Source: Microthyrium microscopicum
Lineage: Eukaryota
Length of the DNA: 64,000 nt
Direction of reading: 5' to 3'
NCBI GenBank assembly: GCA_010405405.1
Contig: MU004234.1
Coordinates: 1,143,275-1,207,274 of the forward strand
Shown: piece by piece, positions 50,482 to 64,000 of the stretch
Numbering within the stretch: the stretch's first letter is position 1
Layout of the letters: the number at the start of each line of letters is the position of its first letter
Notes under the pieces: model-generated
Told to the model about the DNA's origin: nothing
The model's database searches: none
Seen by the model: the letters and a program-made list of their open reading frames with translations, nothing else
Made by a program: the position numbers and the translations under genes

Positions 50482-51759
50482 CTAATACGCCCAATGTTGA
50501 GCAGCGCGAGTTCGACGCCTTCGAAACCCTGCACGAGCTTTTGTAATTGAGAAGCACCAGTACTTCCTCCACCCTGTTGGCTTGTCGCTGTCCTCCGAAA
50601 CCTCATCAGGTTGCCGTTCGCGTAAAGCCGTGCTCCTGTCCTGCTGAGTGACTTGTGCAGCTTGTTGGGCGGAACTCCTACGAATAGCCTGTCGCTGCTG
50701 GCTAGCGAGCACGCGATCAACTGCCCACAGCCGCCTTTCTAGTTGCCGCTGCTGGTTCTCTAGCCCTGTGAAGCGTCCATTGATGTTGTGGATATTTGCC
50801 CATAGTTCTTGCACTATAGCCGAGGGTGGATCATCATCATCGACATACTCTTCCGCCGAGTCTCTCTGCGCTATGGATTCATGTGGCACATGTATGTCTC
50901 GTAGGCTGCTGTCTGCTTCAGAATGTCGTGGTCGATAGTCGTTATTCGTTCCCGAGTTTCTCAGCGCACGAGCAAGTGGATGTTCAAGCATATAGTCCTC
51001 ATGTGGTCCTCTATCATTAGCGGATATCTCCTGATCAATCGGATTTGTATGCAGATTTCCACGACTCGAGTCTCGTCCATGTCCTGATTTCCGTATGCCT
51101 TCTAGTCCGTCTGTATCTACTCGAGCGACAGGAAATACATCAAACGTCCCCTCAATACACCAAGGAGCCAGCGTTTGACACAAGAGCTCCAGACCTGTAG
51201 CAAGTTGATTCAGCTTGTCCGCCACCTGTAGATATTGCTCCGGATGATTTGTGGCGAATTCTTGATGACTTGGCCAAGCGATTGTAAGTCGCCGGCACAC
51301 CTCCACATGAGTGGCTACTATATCTTGAACTTGCGAAGAGAGGGTACCCAGCAGCTCTTCATCTGTATCATATTCTGCACTGATTAAAGGAGAATCAACT
51401 TCATCCTCATCGTGCTCAAGACGTGCCTTTCCCTTGCTCCGTGTAGAGGGACCCGCTTCGTCTTCGATCATAGTACGTCTTGCGCTTTCGGCGACTGTAG
51501 TTAGAACAGATTGTCGTGACATACTGCTGCTGGGCTCTGTCGTGTATCGATTCGAATCATGGGCTGCTTTTGCCTTCTGAACTCTTAACATTGCTGGTAT
51601 CATAGTGAGGTCAATCTCCTCTTCGTCCATTATAACAGACTGGTAGTGTTTATTCGAGCCGAGACGCTCAAATATCGTTTCTTTGATTCTTGAAGAACCA
51701 GCATTCGCTGAATAGTCTCGAAGTGGAAGAAGTTTGTCGAACGCGCTTCGCGATCCCAT
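50482..51759 (-). CDS. Hypothetical protein (425 aa)
   Basis: Long ATG-initiated ORF; no recognised domain; short coiled-coil-like segment near the C-terminus. Confidence 0.65.
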   Translation of the reverse strand: MGSRSAFDKLLPLRDYSANAGSSRIKETIFERLGSNKHYQSVIMDEEEIDLTMIPAMLRVQKAKAAHDSNRYTTEPSSSMSRQSVLTTVAESARRTMIEDEAGPSTRSKGKARLEHDEDEVDSPLISAEYDTDEELLGTLSSQVQDIVATHVEVCRRLTIAWPSHQEFATNHPEQYLQVADKLNQLATGLELLCQTLAPWCIEGTFDVFPVARVDTDGLEGIRKSGHGRDSSRGNLHTNPIDQEISANDRGPHEDYMLEHPLARALRNSGTNNDYRPRHSEADSSLRDIHVPHESIAQRDSAEEYVDDDDPPSAIVQELWANIHNINGRFTGLENQQRQLERRLWAVDRVLASQQRQAIRRSSAQQAAQVTQQDRSTALRERQPDEVSEDSDKPTGWRKYWCFSITKARAGFRRRRTRAAQHWAY

Positions 51760-52578
51760 GGATTACGACAAAAGATATGTTCTGTTTAATCTATATCTCA
51801 TCTACTCGCTCTGACGAGCTACATTATATAGCAAATGATGATAGCTCTCTATCGTGTAGGTAATGCCTTTTGGCTGATGACAGTGAGTCAATCCCATCGG
51901 TATCCTCGTTTGCTACAGTATCTGTCTCCATTGCCGGATATGGTGGCTACCAGATCTGAGCAGATGATAGAAATACCATCCTTTAGTTCCCAGAACAGTA
52001 CCATTATCAGAAATGGATGATAACAGAGTACGGATGAAGGTCTTAACGCAGAAGAAATGAACCCATCTAGTTGCTTGTGTAACAACCAGAATCACCTTCA
52101 GAATCTACTATCATCAACCGAGTCCGACTGACGAACTCATTTACTGACGTACGCTGACGGAAGCTCATACCTCGGAACGTATTATCTTGAAAAACTCCTT
52201 GACATCGCCCCTTACACGTCGCACAACAACCCAGTCACACACCCCATGCCCACCATCACCACCACAAACAATCAAATGTGCAAATCTCGTTTTCGTTTGC
52301 ACTACTACTCTAATATACAAGAGAGAAACATCATCCCCATCGGCATCAGGCATTCTAGCCGGCCGTTCCAATAAGCGCCAATCAAGAACCATCAGCAACA
52401 AACGACACCACGTGGGTATTCATACAAACATAACATTCCTCTATAATCCAAGGATTCTTTTTCCCACAACTCTAGGGAATTGTCCACAATCCGAGGGCTC
52501 ATCCATCCCATGGCTCTCGCATCAAACCACTGCGATGGGTCACTAAACGCTGCGTTAATGACTGCGATCTAAAATCAT

Positions 52579-55500
52579 TCATTCAATCGGCGCTGGGCTT
52601 TCCACCGGCCCCTTTTCCGTGATAGTTCCTCCAGACCCACTGCTATCGCCCTGCATAGGCGGTCTTAACTGCGGCGCGCTCCGACTCTTCAACATTTCAA
52701 GCTGTGGGCCCTCCGATTCCAGCTGCTGCTTCGGCTTGGCGACATCGAACCAGCCACCGCGCTCCCACTCGCCTGGCGTGTACAGCGCCGCAGAGCGAGC
52801 CTCGGGGTCGATTATACCCTGCAAGAGTTCGCCCAAACGCGCAAAGTTAGTCGGTTTGAGGATCCATGCATCGCAGCCAGCGTCAATATATTCCTGGCGC
52901 TTGGACTCGACGAGGGTGGCGGAGACAGCGATGATGGGCAGACGACCATTAAGCGAGGCGCGCGGAGACAAATGTGCGGTGCCGGGCTGCGTGGCTTCAA
53001 AGTCGCGGATCATCTTCGCGGATTCGAGACCGCCTACTAGAGGCATCTGAAAAACGGGTTAGTAACAGTGGGACAAAATGAGTCTATTAGTGCTTACGTT
53101 CAAATCCATGAGGACGACATCGTAGCTGGATGGATTGGCGCGGTGAGCGGTCGCGCATTCGGCGCCGTTGAGGGTAATTTTGACTTTGTGGCCTTGTTTG
53201 GTGAGCCGTTTGTCGAGGATCTTGTTATTGATAGGGTCATCCTCTGCTGCGAGAACGCTGAGATTATTCGCTGTGAATTCGGGCTCAATTCGAGATGGTC
53301 CGCCAACCTCGCCTGTAATTGCGCCTTGGATTGGGGCTTCCATGAGCGGAATACCTTCTGGCTCTGGGATTTTGACCGCTTTTACAGGCTGACCGGAGAA
53401 GCGTACGGGCGATTCACCCGGACGATTACCAGTTTCTGCAGAACCGACGGGCGATTTCAGCGCCGCTGATTCGAAACTAAAGCTGGTTGATGCAGAGCGC
53501 TGACCAGATGGACCGCCATAGGTTTTCCTGGTCTCCAATGGTGGTCGTCTCGACTCGAGACTTTCTTGTGTTACGAGATCTGATCGTCTTTTATTCTCCA
53601 CCATGTGCGGCTCTTGTAGTGCTTCAATTAGTCTATCAACATCGCTTCGGTTGCTACCCACGCTGTTCATGCTCTTAAGACTCCTAGTTAGACTTTCTGA
53701 ACTATTTTTGCGACTCATACGAGAAGGTGAGTGTGTTGAGCTCCGAGGTAACGAGTCTCTATCAACCAAGAGCACTTCTTTTGCGACGGTAGTCGAAAGT
53801 GGAGTGGGGGACCGCCCCTGTTCTACTGGAGGAGTTGTTGTAGGAGCTTGTTTGGCATCCGGTGGAACTTCAAATGGAAATTGGATCACAAATCTTGATC
53901 CTTTGCCCTCCTCCGACTTCAGGCGAAGTTGACCATTCATGTTTTTAACAATTCGCGCAACAATTGCAAGACCTAGACCCAGTGCACCATCTCTTGAGGT
54001 GGGTGAATTCGGGTCTTGACCATGCGGTTGTTCTTCATCTAACATTGAAGGGTCAGAAGAAACCTGTTCCAAGTCTCTAAATAGCGAGTCAACTTTCTTT
54101 TCGCTCATGCCGGATCCAGTGTCTTCAACAACGACGTCAACTGTAATGCACCTCTCATCCACAGATACCAGATATGTTTCCACTGTGACGGATCCTTCGT
54201 CGGTATGCTTGAATGCGTTGGCGATGAGGTTAGAAATGGCTTGCCGAACTTTGCGATGGTCCCCAAGAACTTCATGAGGTATTCCAGGATATGCTTTGAC
54301 AATATATTCAATCTTTTTGCGTTTTGCATCGCCATTGAAAGAGGCTGTGGTTTCAACAAAGAGCTTTTCGAAATCCATAGAGTCGACGCTGATCAAGTTG
54401 ACGCCTTCTTCAGTCTTGGTGAGATCTAGCAAGTCGTTGATTACGTAGATCAAAGACTTTGATGCAGAGTGAGATTGAGAGAGTACGGATCTCGTTTCTG
54501 TATCGAGCTGACCTTCTAGGGCAATTTCGAGGTAGTTGACGATTGCGTTGAGAGGTGTGCGAACTTCATGGGCCTGATTTGCCAAAAGTAGCTTCGTGAG
54601 ATTACTGCTTTGCAGCGCGGCTTCTTTTTGCCTCCAGACTTCGATGAACTTTCCATATACAAGACATAAAACCGCCGCGGTTTCCGTTTCTTCTTCAGTC
54701 CAGTCGCGGCATCTCCCTACAACAGTCTCCGACCAGATTTTGAAACTCTTTCTTGGTTCAAGAAATGCATGCGTGCCTTCTCGGATCGTTTTTTCATAGG
54801 GATTTCCGGCCCACTTCACTTCACTGAGTTGGCCGCGACGAAAAAATGCAATGAAGTCGTCACCGGTGGAGGATAAGGGGACTAGTAGCATTCCTGCGAG
54901 AACGATGAATCCTGGCGGATAGTTCAAGTCCGGAAAGTCTAATTTGATATCTGTGGAAGTCATTACTGTAGTGATTTTGCGCATTTTGAGATATTCAAGC
55001 ATTGCAAGCGCTTCCTGTGACCGTTCCAGTTGTCCAAGCATTTTTGTTTCATTGTGAATGCAGAGTAACCCAAAATCCGCATTGAACAACTTTAGCAAAT
55101 CATCTGACGAGGCAATAATGTAACCAGACGGCTTGTATTTTGTCGGTACGGTGTTAATGAGCTTCCTGGCTTGTAATCTTGAGGCATAAGATAGACGTTC
55201 GATATTGCGGGATGCTGTGTCCCCGACCAGCCGACACATTTTTCGGATAGGAAAGGAGACTCGCATGCCACGATTGCCATAAGAATGACATGATATGAGG
55301 CCCCATAGCTCATCAAAAGCGTTGATTGATATCGACATGGATCCTCGAACGGACATGTTTGCAAGATATTTGATATGTATTGGGGACATTGCGCGCAAAT
55401 AGGAATGTGTCAAGTCTAGCGGCTCCTCTAGGTCCTCCGTAGTACGGCAAACAAGTCGGGCGGTTTCTTGGTCTCTGTCGTATAAAAGACGAACGCGGTT

Positions 55501-56937
55501 TACCTTGTACAGCTCTCGAGCTTGTACAGGTATGTCAGAGGCTGGAAAATTCAGGCCTTTATAGAGGTCCTTGGTTGCTCGTGGGTCCAAGAGCTCGGTT
55601 GTTACTCGGCCATTCCATGATTTATCGAATTGATAAATCATGACCCGATGAAATCCAGTCAATTCTTTGACCACACCAACTAGAACCCGGAGGAATAATT
55701 CGAGTGAGTCGGCTGAGGCCAATTGTTCTTGAATTTGAGACATGATATTGAAGACTTCCATGGCAGCAGCTTCCCCACGGCGTTTTCGCGCGCTTCTAAG
55801 TACGCGTAAAGGTTTGCTAATGTTGAGGGTACTTTGCTGATATTCTTCTTCGGATGGGTTGCTGTTCAGCGTGTCCTCAGGCATGTCAGGTGTCATTTCG
55901 CTTGGATGAACAGGTGGGTTTATCTTGTCATTTTCGAGTTCTAATTCGCAGATGATCAAGCGAGAATTTCGTTGATTAACGTGCATAGCGCACCACATTT
56001 TGATGGATTTTCCGTCCTTGCCGCGAATGGAGACAGTGAAAAGCTCGGGGCCGTTTTGCATGATATCGTTGTCCTCCTCACGAACAAAGTCGACATGATC
56101 GAGAAAATTGTCGGCTTGCTCGTCACTGAGTATATCCGAGAAAGTATCGAGTGTGAACAATTCACGGGGGCTGTAGCCAATCATGCCATGCGAGTTCTCA
56201 CTCACAATGCGTACTACTAGCTTGCTGTCTTCATCTTGTAAAGCGATCAGTAGACCATAGCTTTGTATGGCGCCAGGCATATGGATTGGTTCGTCTTCGC
56301 AACGCTGTATAGGTTCTCCATCTCGGCCAGTAATGATCGCATGACCATCATCGGTTATAACGTGGGAGAACCTGGTGGTGACGACCCCGAGACCAAAGTC
56401 ATTAGGGTCAGTACTTGGTTTATCTCTGACGGAACCGGAAATTGATTCTACATCGTCCTTTTCGGCGACAATATCATCGATCATGTCAGGAGCCAGCCGT
56501 TGATGTGAATCATCTTGATAAGGGTAAGGTGAGGTTGATGGAGTTTCGCCATAAAGACCCTCTATTGTCCTTCTCGTCGCAGAGTTACTGGCGACTCGAT
56601 GTCTGGAATTAGAGTCGGAGAGGCCTCCGAAGTAGCCTTCTTGACGTTCAGTTCGTGGTGCAGGTGTTGATGAGGGATCAACGGTAACAACACTGCGTAT
56701 TGGAAAAACATGATCGGTGACCATGGGGCTCATTGGTCCGAGACGTTGTGATTGTACAGGAGGAGAGGTAAGAGGTGTGCGATTGGGCCGTCTTGCAGAC
56801 TCGATTTGAGTTTGAAGAGCGGGACGATTTGAAGTTGTAGAGGTGTTTGTAGCATCTTCGTTCTGATGGGACTGCTGAGATGGTGGTGGTTGATGACCAG
56901 GAGAGTCAGGGTGCTCTTCCTCGCGGGGAGCATCCAT
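52579..56937 (-). CDS. fphA: Fungal phytochrome (PAS-GAF-PHY, histidine kinase, receiver)
   Basis: RCEDEPIH (bilin Cys), PASDIPVQAR, LRAMSPIH, HEVRTPLNAI, DTGSGM/GLGLAI and receiver AEDD...LMD...K. Intron 53097-53047. Confidence 0.96.
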
Positions 56938-59222
56938 GATGCGAGAGATAGAGGTAGTGGAGTGTTTGCAACGATCTAGTTGATTATTGGGTCAAGCATG
57001 CGGATTATGGGTCTTGGAAGAACAGCTAGCACTGTTTCGAGTAGTGGATTGAGACAAGCCCAGCAGGACTATTTGGCAGGTCAATCGACCATAGGAAGGG
57101 GCGCTGGAGGTAGTGTCCTCCAAGCGTATGGAGCCAGGAGAGTTATGGCCTGTGGAGCGGTAGGATAACCTAAGGCAGATGGCAGCGCGTGGGTGTAGTA
57201 GTAAGTTGAAGTTAGGAGAGGGGAGGCAACAGAAACTGTAGAGTGCTCAGAGTAGTAGGTAATGACGGCCAGACCTAGTAGAATGGCCAAACCGGAGATG
57301 GGATAGATCTGCAAAGAGGTGATAGCGCTCCTTGGGATATGACTGTGGCTAGTGATTGGAGAAGCGCAGAATTAGGGAAGTGTAGGTTTTGAAATGTAAT
57401 TGAAAAAATTGCAAAGCTGAGCAAAGGGTAAAAGGGTAAAAGCGATAGCTCCCAGCTGGTCAATGTTGTTCTGGACAGTCTGTGGTCTGGAAGCTGGAGA
57501 GAGAGTCGAATAATGGGAGTGTCCAGGTGCAGGCGGGAAATGGAAAAGTGGCGTCACGATCAAGGTCCAAGGAAGCGTCACGGTTCATACACATCAAATG
57601 TACCAGGGCCCACTTGCATCCAACCACACACCACATCGCGCCGCCAGCCAGCTAGGTAACACCCATACAACAAAATACTCGGTAAACAATTTAAAGGTAA
57701 AGTTGGCACAGGCACATTATTTGGGGAAAATAACATGGTCTTTGGGCTGTTGGGCCGCATTAGCCACTTTCAAAACCTGAAATCCCATCAAACCATCACG
57801 ATCAAATTCCATCTGTGGCGCATTCAATCTTTCCGACTCCCGATTTCAGTCTGTTCCAGAATCCAGGTATTACCAGTACTTCAGGGTAAAGTCTCTTTTG
57901 AATACCATAATTCTCCTCTTTCTCCGTGCTTATTAGAACTTGGTTGGTAAAATACTATCATCAAATCGCGAATTGAATGGGCTAGAACTTAGAAGAGTCG
58001 TTCAGCGAGTGACTCCCCGGCAATGCTTTCCGTTCGACTTTTATCCACTACTCTACACCTGGAGCAGACTTTTACGGCATCCTCCTTCAACATGTTTTAG
58101 CGTTGATCTAAACAATTTGCCGAGTATGAAATTATCCTGGTGCTAACTAGACTGGCATGAGGCAGACGAAATATCATAGTGTACTCATGTGTCAACTCAA
58201 ACATTAACTATAGTCTATATCGCGCCTGCTTTCATCTTCTGAGAAACTTGCGTCGCATCACTCTACAAGCGATTGAATGCGATCATGTAACGATACAGCT
58301 TTACCTTGGCCGCAAGTTGCACGATGCTCAATTGTTTGTTTCAACTACCAACTCTATTGAAGAGTAGACCCTTTCGGCAAAAACCATCGCATTGGTACAA
58401 GTTCTCTCCATAAACAAGCGCGCAATAGAGATAGGGCCAGAACTTCGATCTAGACTCTGATTTCCGATTCACATCGGAAATGCCCAAAGCAGGCACGGCC
58501 TGCTCACCCGCTATTTTTCTTAAACCCTTTCAAATGCTCTTCCCACCCGCACTTTGTCATTTTGAACTGCATAAGTTAATCACCTAGCAACTCTATCATT
58601 TATTATCTCGATATCAATTGATATGACATTCAGTACCTGAAATATTCACAGCCACAATGACGGCGGAATGACGTTTTGCCCTGCATTTCGACGTCATGTT
58701 CGTGCCGGGATAAAGCACCGCCCCGGAATTCGAGACGGCCGATTGGGTTCAAAGAATGGGTGTGGAAGCGCGATCGCCTTTTGCCTTGTTGCCTCAGGCT
58801 CTCAGCCTCTTCTTCGAGAACATTGAATGTTGAACATTGAACCAAGGAGAACATCGAACAGGAGTTGACTTGAGAGGCTGCCATTGAAGCACGACACCAT
58901 TGCAATTCCATTAGACCTCAGATAGATTCGATAGCCATTTTCATACCGTAAAGGGCTCGAGCTAGAGATGATCAATGTATGAGAAACATTTCTTGCGCTT
59001 TTCGTAGAGGCACATCTGATTTATACAGCTTGGTGCTCTTGTTTGGAAGGTAAGCAATATAAAGCTATGGCTTAAGGGTGCTTTCGAAACATCAAATGCT
59101 CCCAAGCAATGTAGATGGCATAAAGGAGATAGGCCAATAAATAAAATGATAGTAGTTGCTTCTTCGTACTGCACGCCGCAAAGTGAAAAGAAGGAAGGAA
59201 CGAATGGAGTGGTCTGGCATGG

Positions 59223-59282
59223 GTCGCGACTGCACTTTATCCCCCACCTCTATCACGCGTACTTCTCGCGTCCCAAACGCGT
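59223..59282 (+). promoter_or_regulatory. Cluster of MCB (MluI cell-cycle box) elements
   Basis: ACGCGT at 59255 and 59277, TCGCGT at 59266 and TCGCGA at 59224, 120-180 bp upstream of the DNA polymerase delta ATG. Confidence 0.75.
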
Positions 59283-59401
59283 TACCTTTCTCCATGTCCC
59301 ATTACATCTCTCAGCCAATATTTCCGTTGCTTGTTTATCAAGTATACTCTCACTTCACCTTCTAATCAGCTTCTCACCATAGCGCTTTGGTGTGTTTCGC
59401 C

Positions 59402-62400
59402 ATGTCTACTGCCACTATGACGCCGGCCAAGCGAGTGCTTGCTGAAGCAACCAGCAGTCACAATCACCTATCCCCTCATAATGCCGCATCCAAAAAGCGC
59501 AAACTTGATCGTGAACCTAGTATCAGTGGCAAGGAAAACACCAAGCTGTTATCCAGTCAGTCCAAGACTCGGTTTGAAGAACATCTTGAGAGCTTGACCC
59601 AAGATATCAGAGGGCTCAAGCGGAACAATGAAGAACAGGATCAAAAATGGGACCGCCCTGACCTTCACGACTTTGATTCAGATCATGATAACCTCTGCTT
59701 CCAGCAGATTGATGCTGAAGAGGGTACTATCTCTGGTGGCAAGCAGACAGTCCGTCTATTTGGTGTCACAGAGGTAAGTCTTCCTGTCGCTTCTGATCTT
59801 CCATCCTGACACTCCTTAGACTGGCCACTCCACCCTCCTACATGTTACCGGCTTCCTTCATTATCTCTATATAGCTGCCCCTATCAACTTTACCCAAGCA
59901 GACTGCAAAGGCTTCCAAGGCTATCTCGAAACCCGCATCGGTAGAAATTACCCCGTCATCCACTCCGTAGGACTCACGATGAAGGAAAATATGTATGGAT
60001 ATCAGGGCAACTTCAAATCGCCATACATCAAGATTACCGTGAGCGATCACAAGGCCATCAACAGTCTTCGAAGCAATTTGGAAAAAGGAGGTTGCAATTA
60101 TAAAGGTCTTTGGGCCAGCGTTGCATCGGAAGGTATCAAGACCTTTGACAGCATCCAATATTTACTTCGATTCATGATTGATCTCGGCATCGCTGGCATG
60201 TCTTGGGTCGAAGCCCCTTGTGGAAAATACAAAATGATCCCAGAATCAGAGAAACAGTCAACCTGCCAGATTGAAGCCCAGGTGCATTGGGAAGATCTGA
60301 TCGCACATCCAGTCGATGGCGAATGGGCTAAAATGGCTCCTCTACGAATTCTTTCTTTTGATATCGAATGCGCTGGCCGCAAAGGTATCTTCCCCGAACC
60401 TGACAAAGATCCGGTCATTCAAATTGGCAATGTCGTTACGCGCTTTGGAGAGCCGAAGCCATTCGTTCGCAATGTCTTTGTCCTGGGTGGTTGTAGTCCC
60501 ATTGCCAACACTCAAATTCTCGCCCACAAGACCGAAGAGGCGCTGCTCGCTGACTGGCGAGCCTTTGTGCAAAAAGCCGATCCCGATGTGGTCATTGGAT
60601 ACAATATTTCCAACTTCGATTTCCCCTATCTACTAGATCGAGCAAAGCATCTAAAAGTGCAGAAGTTTGCGTACCTCAGTCGTATGAAAAATGTCCCGTC
60701 CAAATCTGAGAAGACAAACTTTTCTAGCAAGCAAATGGGCAATCGAGACACGCATGCAACAAATACCAATGGTCGAATTCAGTTGGACATGTTGCAACTT
60801 GTCCAGCGAGATTATCAACTCCGAAGCTACACTCTCAACTCCGTATGTGCGGAGTTTCTCAACGAACAGAAAGAAGATGTTCATCATTCAGTCATTACTG
60901 ATCTCCACAACGGTGATGAAAACTCGAGACGTCGATTAGCTGTGTACTGTTTGAAGGATTCTTTCCTCCCTCAACGACTTATGGACAAGTTAATGAGCTT
61001 GGTCAATTACACTGAGATGGCGAGAGTTACGGGAGTTCCTTTCAACTATCTTCTCTCACGTGGACAGCAAGTCAAATTCATCAGTCAACTCTTCCGCAAA
61101 ACTCGACAGCAAGATCTTGTCATCCCAAATGAGGGTGGAGAGAAGAGCGGTGGTGCAGATGCTGCCTACGAAGGTGCTACAGTCATTGAACCCATCCGAA
61201 AGTACTATGATGTGCCTATCGCCACTCTCGATTTCGCTTCTCTATACCCAAGTATCATGCAAGCACACAACTTGTGCTACACGACACTGATCAAAGATCA
61301 CCGCGCTGTAGAAAAGTTCGGTCTGAAACTCAACGAGGATTACGTCGTCACCCCGCATGGTGATTGGTTCTGCACCACGAAAGTTCGCAAAGGACTCTTG
61401 TCTCAAATTTTGGAAGAACTCATTGGTGCTCGTAAACGTGCCAAGAAAGAGCTTGCTGTGGAAACCGATGACTTCAAGAAAGCTGTACTGAATGGTCGTC
61501 AGTTGGCCTTGAAGATCAGCGCAAATTCAGTCTACGGCCTCACTGGAGCTAGCAACGGCAAACTTCCTTGCCTGGAGATTGCCAGTAGCACAACAGCTTA
61601 TGGTCGTCAAATGATTGAAAAGACTCGCGATGAGGTGCAAAAGCAGTTCACTATAGCCAACGGCTATTCTCATGACGCCGAAGTTATCTATGGTGACACT
61701 GATTCCGTCATGGTTAAATTCGGGCCAGGCGATTTAGAGACTGCTATGAGACTCGGTAACGAGGCCGCAGATTTTGTGTCTGGTCAATTCACAAAACCCA
61801 TCAAACTCGAATTCGAAAAAGTCTACTATCCATATCTTCTCATCAACAAAAAACGATACGCTGGTCTGTATTGGACTAGAACTGACAAGTATGACAAGAT
61901 GGACACCAAAGGTATTGAGACTGTTCGACGTGACAACTGTCGCCTCGTCCAAACTGTCATCGACACTTCGTTACGAATGCTTCTCATTGATCGTGACCCC
62001 GAGGGTGCTCAACAATTTGTCAAAGACACCATCTCTGATCTCCTTATGAACAAAGTCGATATGTCAAACTTGGTTATCACGAAAGCTTTGACCAAGGAAG
62101 GTTACAATGGCGATGATGATGAGAATACTGCGGCGACCGGCAAGAAGAAGACTGATGGCTACAAGGGCAAACAGGCCCACGTGGAACTCGCTGAACGTAT
62201 GAAGAAGCGGGATGCTGGTTCTGCGCCTGCCCTTGGTGATCGTGTCGCATATGTCATGATCAAAGGCGCTGGTGGTGCAAAGAACTACGAAAAGTCTGAA
62301 GACCCCATCTATGTCCTGGAGCACAACCTTCCTATCGATACGAAGTACTACCTAGAGAATCAGCTTTCCAAACCTCTTGTGCGTATCTTCGAACCGATTA

Positions 62401-62810
62401 TTGGAGAAACCAAGGCTCAGTCCCTTCTTACTGGCGACCACACTCGAACCATCTCCGTCGCTGCGCCCACCCACGGAGGTCTAATGAAGTTTGCAAAGAA
62501 AACCATGACATGTCTCGGCTGCAAGAAGCCATTGACCAACGCCGAAGAGAAAGATGGCGCAGTCTGTGTCAACTGTCGCGGCCGATTTGCGGAATTGCAC
62601 AACAAATCTTTGACTAAAGTCAGCCAGCTGGAAGTCAAGTTCGCTCGGCTTTGGACACAATGCCAACGCTGCCAAGGGAGCATACATAACGAAGTTATCT
62701 GCTCCAGTCGCGATTGCCCTATCTTTTATATGCGCATGAAGGCGGCTAAAGATGTTGAGGATGGTTCGAAAGAACTGGCACGCTTTGATCGCGATAAAGC
62801 TATTTGGTAG
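59402..62810 (+). CDS. POL3: DNA polymerase delta catalytic subunit
   Basis: SFDIEC exonuclease, LDFASLYPSI, KISANSVYG, YGDTDS and C-terminal CysA/CysB motifs. Intron 59774-59819. Confidence 0.98.
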
Positions 62811-62943
62811 ACGCGTAGTCGTCTTGAGCATCGTTTGGAGTTATGGGTTCATTTGGGCATGGCATGAGTAGCATCGTTATGTATATCTACAGATACTTAT
62901 TTACACTTTTCTGCATAGGACCTCTAATACAGAGAATATCATC

Positions 62944-63699
62944 CTAATAATTTCCCTCAAACGTATCCTCCCTCTTCTCCACAACCCGCGCAACCGCCTC
63001 CTCAATCGCCATCTCTCCCCCAACAACATCAAACGCCAACCCAACCGTCCCCTCATTCCCCAAAACCTCCACAATCACCCTCGCCACATCTTCCCGACTA
63101 ATCGATCTCGTAAAATCAACCTTCCCCGCCTCAACCTTCCCCGTCCCCTTATCCTCCGTCAACGCACTCGGTCTCACTATCGTATATTCCAACTTCCGCT
63201 CCCCATTCCCCGTCACCAACGCCCGATCCGCCGCCAACTTCGCTGCCATATACCGCCCTATCGCTCCCCATCCCTTGTCGCTTCGCTCCTTCATCTCCTT
63301 CGAATACCAGCCCGGCGCACCCTTCTCCCGGTCTCGTACATCAACTGCGCTCACCATAATAAACCTCTTCACGCCAGCGCTCGCACACGCATCCATTACG
63401 TCAATGGCGCCCTGCTGGTCTACGCGCTCCACTCTACTGGGATCGCCTTTTCCGCCGGCGCCTGCGGACCAGATTACGGAGGTCGGGTTATGTTCGCGCA
63501 AGAGGGTGGTCATGTCTGAGGAACTAGAGGATTCTATGGAGGCGATGATGGGTGTTCCGCCGGCGGAGGTTATGGCGTCGTTGTGGTTGGAGGAACGGGT
63601 TATGTTGAGGACGGCGTGGGGTGGTTTGGCGGTGCTGAGGAGGTGGGTTATGTGCAGGGCGATTTTGCCGGAGCCGCCGAAGATGAGGGTTTTGGACAT
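62944..63699 (-). CDS. Atypical SDR NAD(P)-binding protein (UPF0659/YMR090W-like)
   Basis: GGSGKIA Rossmann motif, WSAGAGG, Y..AK..AD, YTIVRP and ISREDVA. Confidence 0.9.
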   Translation of the reverse strand: MSKTLIFGGSGKIALHITHLLSTAKPPHAVLNITRSSNHNDAITSAGGTPIIASIESSSSSDMTTLLREHNPTSVIWSAGAGGKGDPSRVERVDQQGAIDVMDACASAGVKRFIMVSAVDVRDREKGAPGWYSKEMKERSDKGWGAIGRYMAAKLAADRALVTGNGERKLEYTIVRPSALTEDKGTGKVEAGKVDFTRSISREDVARVIVEVLGNEGTVGLAFDVVGGEMAIEEAVARVVEKREDTFEGNY

Positions 63700-64000
63700 G
63701 GTGGTGGTGTGATGGGTTGGGGTTTCGGTGGTGTTGGTTATGGGATGTTTGGTTGTTGTTGGTTTGGTGTATTGCTGAGTTGCTTGGTTTCCTGGCTCTT
63801 TTGGTATTCTCCAAGGTTTGCTTTTCTTTAAAACAGGATATATGATTTTTTACCTGGTCGGCTGTACTTTGGTTTGGGGAAGTGGTGTCTTGATAATCGA
63901 GTGTGGGATGCGGAGGGTTGCAGGACTTTATGTCTCTAAGATGTTTTGTATTTGGTGTGGAGTGGCAAGTTTGACGTCTGAGATGTAATCAGTCAGTGTG

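Noticed and set aside
51831..51961. Box C/D snoRNA (ATGATGA...CTGA) or U2-like GCCTTTTGGCT
   Set aside because: Terminal stem is only 2 bp, no convincing rRNA guide was recognised, and the U2 match does not extend to the branch-pairing region.

Overview
Filamentous ascomycete (Pezizomycotina) genomic DNA, judged from ~50-nt GT-AG introns with CTAAC/CTGAC branch sites and strong RIP (repeat-induced point mutation) signatures. Bases 1 to ~12.35 kb are an AT-rich, TpA-saturated block with no surviving ORF. Mentally reversing the C>T/G>A changes reveals a ~1,080-codon RecQ-type helicase relic (minus strand, next to the block edge) plus several other dead genes, some with introns. This looks like one end of a large multicopy, gene-carrying element, possibly AcademH-like. 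A complete RIP-killed Fot1/pogo DD35D transposon (25847-28688; 70-bp TIRs, TA duplication) lies in a divergent promoter. The rest is gene-dense: MFS sugar porter, long coiled-coil protein, HET pseudogene, MDR oxidoreductase, GH16, a divergent pair of secreted enzymes (BBE-like FAD oxidoreductase and a PHM/SURNod19-like copper-monooxygenase-fold protein), a GT1 sterol-glucosyltransferase-like gene with an unusually long structured intron, GH43, Atg22, a MYND protein, an Hv1 proton channel, an HBS1 gene that appears also to encode Ski7 by alternative splicing, phytochrome, DNA polymerase delta and an NAD(P)-binding protein. All assignments come from reading motifs by eye; no database search was run.
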